Of a DNA stretch of 64,000 nt, positions 19,462-30,077 are shown in pieces. A model generated the notes under the pieces. It saw nothing but the letters and a program-made list of their open reading frames with translations, was not told where the DNA came from and made no database searches. A program made the position numbers and the translations under genes. The stretch spans positions 64,001-128,000 of the forward strand of contig OY969811.1 of the NCBI GenBank assembly GCA_963703315.1, in the 5' to 3' direction. How positions within the stretch are numbered: position 1 is the first letter of the stretch; the number at the start of each line of letters is the position of its first letter. The DNA comes from an uncultured cyanobacterium (GTDB lineage Bacteria > Cyanobacteriota > Cyanobacteriia > Pseudanabaenales > Pseudanabaenaceae).

Positions 19462-20982
19462 ATGGGCATATCTCAATTTTGTAAATTAACTTTATTTGCA
19501 TTGATTGCTTGTAATACTTTGCCAATGTTGGCACAGACTACGACAATTAACAAAACATCCACACCATCTACACCTAGTTCTCAACCTAGTTCTGAAAACT
19601 CCAATCTAAAACTATCACCCCAGTTTAATAGTAATACTCCAACCCTAAATGTAGGGGAATCTCAAAACATATTTAGCTATACTCTCGGTGCAGGTGATAA
19701 TCTCAAGATCGAAGTCTTTAATGTACCAGAGTTGTCGGGAACTCAAACGATTGCTCCAGATGGAACAATTAATATCTCATTAATTGGAGCCGTTAAACTA
19801 GAGGGATTAAGCCTTGATGAAGCCAATGTCTTGCTCCGTCAAAAACTCAGTCCATTTCTCGTACGGAATATCGTCAATGTATCGCTGATTTCGCCACGAC
19901 CGCTCAACATTGCGATCGTGGGAGAAGTAAATCGTCCCGGTCCTCGTTTCTTAAGTTATGCGAGTGCAGGCATCAATGCCGCGACTTTAACTAGAGCGTT
20001 GGAATCAGCTTCAGGTATCACTTCCAGAGCCGATATCAGTAACATCCAAATTTCACGCCGTGATGGAGCTTCAGGTCGGCGCATTCTTAAAGTGAATCTC
20101 CAAAATCTGCTTGAAAAAGGTGATATCAGCCAAGATGTTCGTATTCTTGACGGAGATTCTATTCTTGTACCACCACTCCCTCTAGCGAGTACGGCACAGT
20201 CACGCACTGTTAGCAACTCCACTTTTTCTCCAGACACCTTTACCATTCAAGTTGCGATCGTTGGAGAAGTGAATCGTGTTGGTACTCAAACATTAGTTTA
20301 TTCACGTAATGGGACTATCTCTACAGGTTTAACAGGTGCAACCACTTCGGCTGGAACTGCCTCAAATGGAGGTCCTGTTACACTCAGTCGTGCCTTGCAA
20401 GCAGCCAATGGCGTTACTGAAATTGCTGATATTCGGAATGTCCAAATTTCGCGATTGAATGATAAGGGACAACGCACAATTGTCAAAGCTAATTTGTTGG
20501 ATTTGATTACTAAAGCCGATCTTACTCAAGATATTACTCTTACCGATGGTGATTTGATTACAGTGCCACGTTTAGAAAAAACAAATCCTACTGAGTATCT
20601 GCAAGTTGCTAAAGCGACTTTCTCGCCTACTTCTATTATTGTGCAAGTAATTGGTGAAGCAGTTCGTCCTGGACCTCTGCAACTTCGCCCTAACAGCTCC
20701 TTTACTGAAGCAATCTCTTTTGCTGGTGGACTAACTAATGATGCTGATTGGCGGGCGATCGAACTTTATCGGGTCAATCCTGATGGCTCGATTATGCGGC
20801 GCAATCTTGTTGCTGACTTAAATCTACCGTTGAGTGAAGAATTTAACCCAGGACTACGCGATCGCGATGTGATCGTAGTACGTCCATCTTTTGGGGCAAG
20901 TATTCTTAACTCAGCGACGAAATTTCTCGGCAATATTGTTACTCCTTTCTCACTGGTGAACAATCTCTTTAGAAGTTTTTAG
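19462..20982 (+). CDS. Polysaccharide export protein (Wza/SLBB repeats)
   Basis: YTLGAGD, PDGTI..LIG, repeated IVGEV.RPG SLBB units. Confidence 0.9.
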   Translation: MGISQFCKLTLFALIACNTLPMLAQTTTINKTSTPSTPSSQPSSENSNLKLSPQFNSNTPTLNVGESQNIFSYTLGAGDNLKIEVFNVPELSGTQTIAPDGTINISLIGAVKLEGLSLDEANVLLRQKLSPFLVRNIVNVSLISPRPLNIAIVGEVNRPGPRFLSYASAGINAATLTRALESASGITSRADISNIQISRRDGASGRRILKVNLQNLLEKGDISQDVRILDGDSILVPPLPLASTAQSRTVSNSTFSPDTFTIQVAIVGEVNRVGTQTLVYSRNGTISTGLTGATTSAGTASNGGPVTLSRALQAANGVTEIADIRNVQISRLNDKGQRTIVKANLLDLITKADLTQDITLTDGDLITVPRLEKTNPTEYLQVAKATFSPTSIIVQVIGEAVRPGPLQLRPNSSFTEAISFAGGLTNDADWRAIELYRVNPDGSIMRRNLVADLNLPLSEEFNPGLRDRDVIVVRPSFGASILNSATKFLGNIVTPFSLVNNLFRSF

Positions 20983-21003
20983 AACATAAATTAGAACATA
21001 AAC

Positions 21004-21942
21004 ATGAAAATCCTAGTTACTGGCGGTGCGGGCTTCATTGGATCTCATTTAGTTGATCGTTTAATGGAAGCTGGACATTCAGTTATATCGCTTGACAATC
21101 TTTACACAGGGCAAAAATCTAATAATGCTCAGTGGATAGAACATCCTAATTTTCAATTTATTGAACATGATGTCGTCAATCCGATTGCCATTGATCATGT
21201 CGATCAGATATATCATCTTGCCTGTCCCGCTTCCCCTGTGCATTACCAATCCGATCCTATTAAGACTGCTAAAACCAACTTTTTGGGTACTCTCAATATG
21301 TTGGAGTTGGCAAAACAAAAGCAAGCTCGAATTTTACTAGCATCCACTTCTGAAGTTTACGGTGATCCTTTGCTGCATCCCCAAACTGAAGACTATTGGG
21401 GCAATGTGAACTGTACAGGTATTCGGAGTTGCTATGACGAAGGTAAAAGGATTGCCGAGACATTAACTTTTGATTATCACCGCCAATATGGAACTGAGGT
21501 ACGAGTTGTCCGCATTTTCAATACGCATGGTGTGAGGATGCTCGAAAATGACGGGCGAGTAGTGAGTAACTTTATTGTTCAAGCTCTTCAGGGAATTCCC
21601 CTCACAATTTATGGCGATGGCTCGCAAACTCGGAGTTTTTGCTATGTATCGGATCTTGTAGAAGGCTTAATACGTCTGATGAATGGCAATTACATTGGAC
21701 CTGTTAATTTAGGTAATCCTGGTGAATATACGATTCTCCAATTGGCTCAAACTATTCAGCGCCTGATTGATCCAACGGCGGAGATTATCTTTAAACCCCT
21801 ACCTCAAGATGATCCGCAACGCCGTCAGCCCGACATTTCACGAGCCAAGTTCCATTTAGATTGGGAACCTAAAGTTCCCTTAGAAGAGGGATTGGCAAAA
21901 ACGATCGCCTATTTTCGCGATCGCCTCAAAACCGATAAGTAA
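21004..21942 (+). CDS. UDP-glucuronate decarboxylase (UXS-like SDR)
   Basis: [32 protein letters not shown]. Confidence 0.93.
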   Translation: MKILVTGGAGFIGSHLVDRLMEAGHSVISLDNLYTGQKSNNAQWIEHPNFQFIEHDVVNPIAIDHVDQIYHLACPASPVHYQSDPIKTAKTNFLGTLNMLELAKQKQARILLASTSEVYGDPLLHPQTEDYWGNVNCTGIRSCYDEGKRIAETLTFDYHRQYGTEVRVVRIFNTHGVRMLENDGRVVSNFIVQALQGIPLTIYGDGSQTRSFCYVSDLVEGLIRLMNGNYIGPVNLGNPGEYTILQLAQTIQRLIDPTAEIIFKPLPQDDPQRRQPDISRAKFHLDWEPKVPLEEGLAKTIAYFRDRLKTDK

Positions 21943-21986
21943 TCAAATTCACAGCCATTTCAGTAGATTTTACCCTGAAATGGCTT

Positions 21987-22102
21987 TATAGGGATAGCCA
22001 GTTATGTTTAGGACAAACCCAAAACCGAAAAGAGAGTTGCGGCACGAAGTGCCGCAACTCTCTTTTCGGTTTTATGTCTTAACTTACTTGGCTACCGCTA
22101 TA
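21987..22102. mobile_element. MITE-like element (TATAG...CTATA family) with central 25-bp-arm palindrome
   Basis: Imperfect TIRs tatagggatagcca/tggctaccgctata; homolog at 26950-27058. Confidence 0.65.
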
Positions 22103-22134
22103 TTGTAAATAAATCAAACTCATAGGTATAGGAT

Positions 22135-23481
22135 ATGCGTGTTTGTGTAATTGGAACTGGTTACGTTGGTTTGGTGACAGGTGCTTGTCTTGCTTACATT
22201 GGTCATGATGTCATTTGTGTCGATAATAACGAAGAAAAAGTCAAGCTGATGAAATCTGGGCAATCGCCAATCCATGAGCCAGGATTGCCTGAAGTTATTT
22301 CCGAATCAATTCGTCAAGGGAAGATCGAATTTACGACGGATATCGCGGCGGGAGTTAAGCATGGCGAGATTTTATTTATTGCCGTTGGTACACCTTCACT
22401 TCCTGATGGTCGTAGCGATATGCGCTATGTGGAAGCCGTTGCCCGCAGTATTGGTGAAAGCCTAACCGAAGGGTATCGAGTGATTGTCAACAAATCAACT
22501 GTGCCAATTGGTTCTGGTGACTGGGTGCGAATGATTGTATTGGATGGTATGGCTGGCAAGAGCAATATCGATCAGATTCAGTTTGATGTGGTTAGCAATC
22601 CCGAATTTTTGCGTGAAGGCGTAGCGGTTTACGACACCTTTAATCCTGACCGCATCGTGGTGGGTAGTGGTAGCGATCGCGCTCTGAAGTTGATGCAAGA
22701 TCTTTACGCACCAATTATTGACCGTTCCTTTGCCAATGACAAAACCTTGCCACCAGTACCAGTAGTAGTCACGGATTTGAACTCTGCGGAAATGATTAAG
22801 TATGCCGCAAACGCATTTTTGGCAACTAAGATTAGCTTTGTCAATGAAGTTGCAAATATTTGCGATCGCGTTGGTGCAGATGTCAGAGAAGTTGCTAAGG
22901 GCATTGGACTAGATTCACGCATTGGTTCCAAATTCTTACAAGCAGGTATTGGCTGGGGCGGTTCTTGCTTTGGAAAAGATGTTTCAGCTCTGATCTATAC
23001 TGCTGAGGACTATGGCTATTCTACCGAGATCTTAAAAGCCTGTGTACGGGTGAATGAGCTTCAACGCACTTTGGTAGTTGAAAAGTTGCAACAAGCCCTG
23101 AAAATCTTGAAGGGTAAAACCATTGGCTTATTGGGAATGACCTTTAAGCCTGATACTGATGATATGCGTGATGCTCCTGCCTTAACTTTGATCGATCAAC
23201 TGAGCCGTTTGGGAGCCAGAGTCAAAGCTTATGATCCTCTGGTTTCTCAATCAGGATTGCGTCAAGGTTTTTCCAATGTAATTGTTGAAACTGATCTAGA
23301 ACGCCTAGCCGATGGCTGTGATGCTGTGGTTTTGGTGACTGATTGGCAAGAGTTTTTGAGCATTGATTATGCCAAGATGTTGACGCTGATGGCACATCCC
23401 GTAATTATTGATGCTCGTAATTTCCTCGATGGCAAAGCCCTTAAAGAATTGGGATATCAATACATCGGCATTGGTCGCTAG
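22135..23481 (+). CDS. ugd: UDP-glucose 6-dehydrogenase
   Basis: GTGYVG, KSTVP, SNPEFLREG, GGSCFGKD, FKPDTDDMR. Confidence 0.95.
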   Translation: MRVCVIGTGYVGLVTGACLAYIGHDVICVDNNEEKVKLMKSGQSPIHEPGLPEVISESIRQGKIEFTTDIAAGVKHGEILFIAVGTPSLPDGRSDMRYVEAVARSIGESLTEGYRVIVNKSTVPIGSGDWVRMIVLDGMAGKSNIDQIQFDVVSNPEFLREGVAVYDTFNPDRIVVGSGSDRALKLMQDLYAPIIDRSFANDKTLPPVPVVVTDLNSAEMIKYAANAFLATKISFVNEVANICDRVGADVREVAKGIGLDSRIGSKFLQAGIGWGGSCFGKDVSALIYTAEDYGYSTEILKACVRVNELQRTLVVEKLQQALKILKGKTIGLLGMTFKPDTDDMRDAPALTLIDQLSRLGARVKAYDPLVSQSGLRQGFSNVIVETDLERLADGCDAVVLVTDWQEFLSIDYAKMLTLMAHPVIIDARNFLDGKALKELGYQYIGIGR

Positions 23482-23570
23482 GGATTTAACTCTACATTTT
23501 AAGGTTTGCATTTGCGAACCTTAAAATGTTCAAGAGACTGCACACGTTATAAAGCAAAGAGATCAAGTAT

Positions 23571-24494
23571 ATGTCTAAAAAGCATAACGATAGTAAGTCT
23601 AAACACTCTAAAAAATCTAAAACTTTTTTGGAGGAACCCCTAAGTGAGGTAAGCGATCGCTTAGATGATACTGCACCTTCTGTAGATGATCAGCCCCTCG
23701 ATTTACCAAAATTATCCAAGAAGATCTACGAGAAGGAGCTTCAAAATTTACAGATAGAACTCGTCAAACTCCAAGAGTGGATTAAACATCAAGGACTAAA
23801 AGTTGTCATTATTTTTGAAGGTCGGGATGCCGCAGGAAAGGGTGGTGCGATTAAAAGTATTACTCAATCTCTCAATCCACGTATTTGTCGAGTAGTTGCT
23901 TTAGGTAAACCATCTGATCAAGAACGTACTCAATGGTATTTTCAGCGTTATACAGCCGAATTACCTGCGGGTGGTGAAATGGTACTGTTTGATCGCAGTT
24001 GGTATAACCGTGCTGGTGTTGAACACGTGATGGGCTATTGTACCCACGAAGAATATGTCGAGTTTCTGCGATCCTGCCCTGAATTTGAGAATATGCTTCA
24101 GCGATCGGGAATTATTTTAATCAAGTATTGGTTTTCAGTTAACGATAGTGAGCAGGAAAAGAGATTTAGCGATCGCATTAAAGATCCGCGTAAACGTTGG
24201 AAGTTCAGCCCGATGGACTTAGAGGCGCGATCGCGTTGGGTGGAATATTCTAAAGCCAAAGACGATATGTTCAATGCAACAGATACGCAGCTATCACCTT
24301 GGTATGTAATTGATGGCGATGATAAGCGTCGCGCTCGCCTGAACTGCATCAATCACTTACTAGCAAAGATTCCCTATGAGGATGTAATACCCAAACCTTT
24401 TGATTTGCCTCCACTACAAAACAAAATGGTTTATGTACGTCCACCCATTCATTTACAGAACTTCATTCCCAATGTCACAGCACATTTAGAATAA
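23571..24494 (+). CDS. ppk2: Polyphosphate kinase 2
   Basis: FEGRDAAGKGG, FDRSWYNRAGVE. Confidence 0.95.
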   Translation: MSKKHNDSKSKHSKKSKTFLEEPLSEVSDRLDDTAPSVDDQPLDLPKLSKKIYEKELQNLQIELVKLQEWIKHQGLKVVIIFEGRDAAGKGGAIKSITQSLNPRICRVVALGKPSDQERTQWYFQRYTAELPAGGEMVLFDRSWYNRAGVEHVMGYCTHEEYVEFLRSCPEFENMLQRSGIILIKYWFSVNDSEQEKRFSDRIKDPRKRWKFSPMDLEARSRWVEYSKAKDDMFNATDTQLSPWYVIDGDDKRRARLNCINHLLAKIPYEDVIPKPFDLPPLQNKMVYVRPPIHLQNFIPNVTAHLE

Positions 24495-24535
24495 AACGAG
24501 TTTCGGCGCTTCGCGCCGAAACTCGCAGCTATACA

Positions 24536-25675
24536 TCAGCCTAAGTAGCCAGTAATTAAAAAGTCTGTACCAATTTGTTGAAACTGCGATCGCGATAATT
24601 TGAGAGCCTCAGTCATCAGATTTAAGCCCAGATTATCAATAGGACTAGGCGCATTTAATCCACCAATTAATTTAGGAGCAATAAATGCATAAACTTTCTG
24701 TACCATGTCTGCCTTAATCGCTGCCGCGCCCAACTTGCCCCCACATTCCCACAGCACCGTATTACATCCGCGTCTACCTAACTCTTGCATGACAATTTGA
24801 GGTGATATATCTGCCAGTTCTAAAATCTCAACATGGCGATCGCGTAGTTTTTCTTTTAGTTGCAAATTAATATCAGGCAAAGTAATCAGCAAAGTTTTCT
24901 CTGTATCTGTGATTTTCCATAAATGTGCCTCGTCTGGTAGCTCACAACTACGAGTAATTACCACCCGCAAAGGACAATGTTTGCTCAGCCCATGCGTATT
25001 TAAGTGGGGATTATCAAGCCTCACCGTATTACCACCCGTAATAATGGCATCACATCCCACTCGCAGATCATGCACCAATTTTCGTGATTCTGCCCCTGTA
25101 ATCCAATAGCTATGTCCTGAAGTAGTCGCAATTTTGCCATCAAGGGTCATTGCATATTTAAAAATGCCAAACGGTAGCCCTGTTTTGACATGATAAAAGA
25201 AAGCCTCATTTAGTTCTAAGCATTGCTGCTCTAAGATGCCTGTCGTGACCTTGATTCCTGCCGCTCTTAGGCGATCGCGCCCCGTACCTGACACCAAAGG
25301 ATTAGTATCGATCGCGCCAATAACCACATGACCAATCCCTGCTTGAATAATTGCCTCTGAGCAAGGAGGCGTGCGTCCATAATGATTGCAAGGCTCAAGA
25401 TTGATATATATAGTCGCATCACTTAAATCTTCACCTGTTTGTAAAGCCTCTCGAATCGCGAACACCTCCGCATGAGGTTGTCCCGCCTGCGGATGAAACC
25501 CTTGACCTAATACTTGACCATTTTTGACAATCACACTACCCACCATCGGATTTGGTGCGGTTTGCCCCTTCGCTAATTTTGCTAACTCAAGACATTGCTG
25601 CATATAGCGATCGTGCTGTGTGGACTCAGCCGTTGATGAAACTTGGGGGTGTGGGTATCCAGACATGGCGATCAA
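24536..25675 (-). CDS. ribD: Bifunctional riboflavin biosynthesis deaminase/reductase
   Basis: PNPMVG, HAE, LEPCNHYGRTPPC, KYAMTLDGKIA. Confidence 0.96.
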   Translation of the reverse strand: MIAMSGYPHPQVSSTAESTQHDRYMQQCLELAKLAKGQTAPNPMVGSVIVKNGQVLGQGFHPQAGQPHAEVFAIREALQTGEDLSDATIYINLEPCNHYGRTPPCSEAIIQAGIGHVVIGAIDTNPLVSGTGRDRLRAAGIKVTTGILEQQCLELNEAFFYHVKTGLPFGIFKYAMTLDGKIATTSGHSYWITGAESRKLVHDLRVGCDAIITGGNTVRLDNPHLNTHGLSKHCPLRVVITRSCELPDEAHLWKITDTEKTLLITLPDINLQLKEKLRDRHVEILELADISPQIVMQELGRRGCNTVLWECGGKLGAAAIKADMVQKVYAFIAPKLIGGLNAPSPIDNLGLNLMTEALKLSRSQFQQIGTDFLITGYLG

Positions 25676-25787
25676 CCTAAAGATAGATTAGTGTTACAAA
25701 CGCTTTACATTAGTTGATATGTAAAGTTATATTACTTACATAGCGAAAGCTAATTATAAATTTTTAACTCAACGCAATCATAAATCA

Positions 25788-26870
25788 ATGACAACAGCAG
25801 TACAAAGACGCGAAAGCGCTTCGATCTGGGATCAGTTTTGCAGTTGGATCACCAGCACCGACAACCGCCTCTATGTAGGTTGGTTCGGCGTAATCATGAT
25901 CCCCTGCCTACTCGCAGCAACCATTTGCTTCGTAATCGCCTTCATCGCCGCACCTCCTGTCGATATCGACGGTATCCGCGAACCAGTAGCAGGTTCCTTG
26001 CTATTTGGTAACAACATGATTTCTGGCGCAGTCGTACCTTCCTCTAACGCGATTGGCCTGCACTTTTACCCCATTTGGGAAGCAGATAGCCTCGACGAAT
26101 GGCTATACAACGGTGGTCCTTACCAATTGGTAGTATTCCACTTCCTACTCGGCATTTTCTGCTACATGGGACGTGAATGGGAATTGTCTTACCGCCTCGG
26201 TATGCGTCCTTGGATCGCCGTAGCATACTCTGCACCAGTAGCAGCAGCAACCGCAGTATTCTTGATCTACCCAATCGGACAAGGCTCTTTCTCTGACGGT
26301 ATGCCTTTGGGTATCTCTGGTACTTTCAACTTCATGATCGTATTCCAAGCAGAACACAACATCTTGATGCATCCTTTCCACATGTTGGGAGTAGCAGGTG
26401 TATTCGGCGGTTCATTGTTCAGTGCGATGCACGGTTCACTCGTAACCTCCAGCTTGATTCGTGAAACAACTGAAAACGAAAGCCAAAACGCTGGTTACAA
26501 GTTCGGGCAAGAAGAAGAAACCTACAACATCGTTGCAGCTCACGGTTACTTCGGTCGTTTGATTTTCCAATACGCTTCTTTCAACAACAGCCGTCAATTG
26601 CACTTCTTCTTGGCTCTATGGCCAGTAGTCGGCATTTGGTTCACTGCATTGGGTGTAAGCACCATGGCATTCAACTTGAACGGTTTCAACTTCAACCAGT
26701 CTATCTCTGATAGCCAAGGTCGCGTTGTACCTAGCTGGGCAGATGTAATCAACCGCGCTAACTTGGGTATGGAAGTAATGCACGAGCGCAATGCTCACAA
26801 CTTCCCTCTCGATTTGGCTGCTGTTGATGTTGCTCCTGTAGCTATGGCTGCTCCTGCTATCAATGGTTAA
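25788..26870 (+). CDS. psbA: Photosystem II D1 protein, copy 2 (protein identical to copy 1)
   Basis: 360-aa D1 sequence. Confidence 0.99.
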   Translation: MTTAVQRRESASIWDQFCSWITSTDNRLYVGWFGVIMIPCLLAATICFVIAFIAAPPVDIDGIREPVAGSLLFGNNMISGAVVPSSNAIGLHFYPIWEADSLDEWLYNGGPYQLVVFHFLLGIFCYMGREWELSYRLGMRPWIAVAYSAPVAAATAVFLIYPIGQGSFSDGMPLGISGTFNFMIVFQAEHNILMHPFHMLGVAGVFGGSLFSAMHGSLVTSSLIRETTENESQNAGYKFGQEEETYNIVAAHGYFGRLIFQYASFNNSRQLHFFLALWPVVGIWFTALGVSTMAFNLNGFNFNQSISDSQGRVVPSWADVINRANLGMEVMHERNAHNFPLDLAAVDVAPVAMAAPAING

Positions 26871-26895
26871 TCTTCTAACCTAATTCCTAATCGAA

Positions 26896-26937
26896 ACAAC
26901 AGAAAAGCCTCTCCTTTTGGAGAGGCTTTTCTGTTGT
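26896..26937 (+). terminator. Intrinsic terminator of psbA copy 2
   Basis: caacagaaaagcctctcc-tttt-ggagaggcttttctgttg. Confidence 0.85.
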
Positions 26938-26949
26938 GAAATCTCTTTC

Positions 26950-27058
26950 TATAGCTGTAGTTAGCTATGTTCGGACAAAATCAAAACCCAAAAGAGAGGT
27001 GCGGCGCTTTGCGCCGCACCTCTCTTTTGGGTTTTATGTCTTAACTTGCTTGGCTATA
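26950..27058. mobile_element. MITE-like element (TATAG...CTATA family)
   Basis: Colinear with 21987-22102; central gcggcgc-ttt-gcgccgc palindrome. Confidence 0.65.
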
Positions 27059-27320
27059 ACTTAATGAGGTCGAGGATAAGGATTTAACTTAAATAATCAG
27101 TAATAATTTCTAGGATTACTTGTTCAATATTGGAAATTTTAGAAGGACGGTTATACTGGAGGCAAACACAAGCGAATGAGTTGCGGCGCAAAGCGCCGCA
27201 ACTCATTCTTTTGGGTTTTTAATTTGTACTAGCTAAATCTTGCTTTGCTATAGTGCCAAATAAAGGTAGGATTTTCGATAGGTTATTAACACCTTTTTAT
27301 CGCCAAATACTGCCAACATC

Positions 27321-28331
27321 ATGGATACTCCAAAAAAATTGGGCTACACTCAGCTAGCTGAATGGCAGCCTCACAAAGCCTGTTGGCTAGCCTTTCCCAG
27401 CCATCGCGACCTGTGGTTAGAATATCTCGATATTGTCCAAGCAGAATTTGTCGCCCTTGCTAAGGCGATCGCCACATCTGAAAGGCTAGAAATTTTAGTA
27501 TTGGCAGAAACTGCGGCACTCGCAAAGGAACTTCTCGGAGATTTGCCTGTACGATTCCATCAAATTCCCTTTGGTGATATCTGGATGCGGGACATAACCC
27601 CCGTCTATGTCAAAAATACTGAGGGAGATCTTGGAGCATTACATTTTCAATGGAACGGCTGGGGTGGAAAATATTTACTCGAACATGACGATCGCGTAGC
27701 TGAGAATATTTTACAAACTCTTGATATCCCTAAGTTTAAATTTGATTGGGTGCTGGAAGGCGGGGCGATCGAGGTTGATGGGGAAGGAACTTGTCTCACT
27801 ACCAAGCAATGTTTGCTCAATCCCAATCGCAATCCACATCTTGATCAAGAATCAATTGAATCAGGATTAAAATCTGCGTTAGGAGTTGAGAAAGTCCTGT
27901 GGATTGAAGAAGGTCTGCTCAATGATCATACTGATGGACATATTGACACGATCGCTCGTTTCATTGCACCCCATACCATTATGTGCATGGAACCGACATC
28001 CAAAGATGATCCTAACTATCAAGTTCTTCATGATATTGCCGCTCAATTGGAAGAGATGACTGATGCCAAGGGAAGAAAAATAAATGTAGTCAAAATTCCC
28101 TCACCCAATCTTATCCTTGATGATGAAGGCGAAATCATGCCCGCTAGCTATCTCAATTTTTATATTTCCAATGATAGCGTGATTATACCCACCTATGGCT
28201 CTCCCAATGATGATCTGGCAGTCGCAGCAATTGCCAAGCATTTTCCTGACCGTAAAGCGATCGGGCTGTCTGCACAACATATTCTCTTAGGGGGCGGCGC
28301 ATTCCATTGCATCACCTGTCATCAACCTTAA
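27321..28331 (+). CDS. aguA: Agmatine/peptidylarginine deiminase family protein
   Basis: AEW.PH, DIWMRD, LEGGAIEVDG, DHTDGHID, ASYLNF, GGGAFHCIT. Confidence 0.92.
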   Translation: MDTPKKLGYTQLAEWQPHKACWLAFPSHRDLWLEYLDIVQAEFVALAKAIATSERLEILVLAETAALAKELLGDLPVRFHQIPFGDIWMRDITPVYVKNTEGDLGALHFQWNGWGGKYLLEHDDRVAENILQTLDIPKFKFDWVLEGGAIEVDGEGTCLTTKQCLLNPNRNPHLDQESIESGLKSALGVEKVLWIEEGLLNDHTDGHIDTIARFIAPHTIMCMEPTSKDDPNYQVLHDIAAQLEEMTDAKGRKINVVKIPSPNLILDDEGEIMPASYLNFYISNDSVIIPTYGSPNDDLAVAAIAKHFPDRKAIGLSAQHILLGGGAFHCITCHQP

Positions 28332-28386
28332 TAGAGAAGTCAGCACTTCGTGCTGACTTCTCTATTTCTTATATTGAGAAATAATT

Positions 28387-29340
28387 ATGTCATGGATCGA
28401 ATTAAACCTAGATACCACCAATGAAGCCGTCGATTGGGTCTATACTTTGCTGGCAAAGGCGATCGCTACTGAAGATATCCACATTAGTGAATATGAGGGA
28501 GATCCTGCAAAATGGACATTTACGATTCAAATGTACTTACCTGAAAATGCACGTATCCATCAACGGATCGATGAAATTGAGAAGATTCTCACGCCACTGC
28601 ATCGTACAGGTATGACCAGTAAATTACAAACTTTTGTCGTTCCTCAGAAACCAATCAGCATAGAATCAGGACAAAACGTACGAAACTCTTTGATTAGGCG
28701 GATCGGCGATCGCTTTGTGATTTTATGTGCTGACTCGGATTATCAAGCGCGTAATTCCCAAGAAATTATTCTCCAATTGCAAACTAGTCTTGCCTTTGGT
28801 AGTGGACTGCATCCTGCTACGATTCTCAGTTTACAGCTACTAGAACGCTATGTTGAACCCACCCTTTATACCCTCGATCTCGGCTCAGGCTCAGGAATTC
28901 TCAGCATTGCGATCGCAAAGTTAGGTGCGAAGGTGCTAGCGATCGATAATGATCCCATTGCTGTAGCTGCTACTCAAGATGCAGTGGAACGTAACCAAGT
29001 GACATCGCAGGTGCAAGTACAAGAAGCTAGCCTCGGTAGTGCCAGCCAACTAGGTCATTGGATGGGCGGTGATAGCATTGAATCGATAACGGCAATCGAG
29101 GCTAAGGGACAGTTCGATCTCATCGTCGCGAATATTTTTGCACGAGTGCATATTTCCCTCGCGCCTGAATTTTACAAAGCGTTACGTTCTACTTCCACTC
29201 ATTCAGGAATCTTAATTACCGCAGGCTATACCAGCGATCGCGCAGACAATGTGACTTCAGCCATGATTGAAGCTGGTTTTGAGGAATATGATCGCGCTCA
29301 AATTGATGAATGGACAGCGATCGCTTTTCGTACTTACTAG
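28387..29340 (+). CDS. PrmA-like (L11 methyltransferase family) SAM-dependent methyltransferase
   Basis: AFGSGLHPAT, LDLGSGSGILSI, DNDPIAV, FDLIVANI. Confidence 0.8.
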   Translation: MSWIELNLDTTNEAVDWVYTLLAKAIATEDIHISEYEGDPAKWTFTIQMYLPENARIHQRIDEIEKILTPLHRTGMTSKLQTFVVPQKPISIESGQNVRNSLIRRIGDRFVILCADSDYQARNSQEIILQLQTSLAFGSGLHPATILSLQLLERYVEPTLYTLDLGSGSGILSIAIAKLGAKVLAIDNDPIAVAATQDAVERNQVTSQVQVQEASLGSASQLGHWMGGDSIESITAIEAKGQFDLIVANIFARVHISLAPEFYKALRSTSTHSGILITAGYTSDRADNVTSAMIEAGFEEYDRAQIDEWTAIAFRTY

Positions 29341-29423
29341 CCAATTTACTGATCTCTCATAAAACTTGAGCGTAAACCCAAATTTGGGAATATGCTTTTT
29401 AATATAGAGATGGAAAACTTCCT

Positions 29424-29747
29424 ATGAACTATCTAAAACTACTACCAATATTGAGTATTTTTTGCTTTCCTACGATGGCGATCGCTCAATATCCGATTAT
29501 TTTTAATCACGTCAAATATATTTCTATCAGTCAAGATACTTGCACAAGGAGAGCTGAATTAGCTGCCAAAAACTCTGGCTTCGATAGCAACTTTGAGCCT
29601 CTGGCTAATGGAGCTTTTGGGGTCAATGGTCGATATAGCGTGTCAGTACGCTGTGAAGCTAATAAGGGGATTGTCTTTTTTGCTGTAGCAGGACCTGATA
29701 ATGCAACTGCACGTAACCTCGTTAAACGAGTACAAAGCGCTTTTTAA
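29424..29747 (+). CDS. Small secreted hypothetical protein
   Basis: Signal peptide (AIA-Q), two Cys in the mature part, upstream GGA RBS. Confidence 0.6.
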   Translation: MNYLKLLPILSIFCFPTMAIAQYPIIFNHVKYISISQDTCTRRAELAAKNSGFDSNFEPLANGAFGVNGRYSVSVRCEANKGIVFFAVAGPDNATARNLVKRVQSAF

Positions 29748-29966
29748 AGCCCAAAGAATTGCCGCGCAGAGTGCGGCAATTCTTTGGGCTTTAGGTTTGA
29801 CTTGTAATTGAACGTAACAATTTCTTAGACATGGCATAACACAAAAGGTTCGCTCAAACCTGATAATAGTAATTGACTAGGCTAGTAGCGATCGCTACTA
29901 ACTCAACTTATGTCTTACCTAAACTAAGTACCAGTTTAAAAATAGACTTTTCAAGTAAGCGAGTTA

Positions 29967-30009
29967 CAGAGTATTGTTTCCCCGCCTTTGGCGGGGAAAC
30001 AATACTCTG
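29967..30009. repeat. Perfect palindrome, 20-bp arms, TTT loop
   Basis: cagagtattgtttccccgcc-ttt-ggcggggaaacaatactctg. Confidence 0.9.
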
Positions 30010-30077
30010 ATTAACTAGACTATGAAACGTTATATCTATTTTTAAACTTTCAATCGCAAAGAGGAGTTAAAAAATAT

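Noticed and set aside
15391..26870. Atypical D1 (rogue, chlorophyll f synthase or far-red type)
   Set aside because: The sequence looks standard, with Mn-cluster ligand regions and the HNFPLDLA processing site intact
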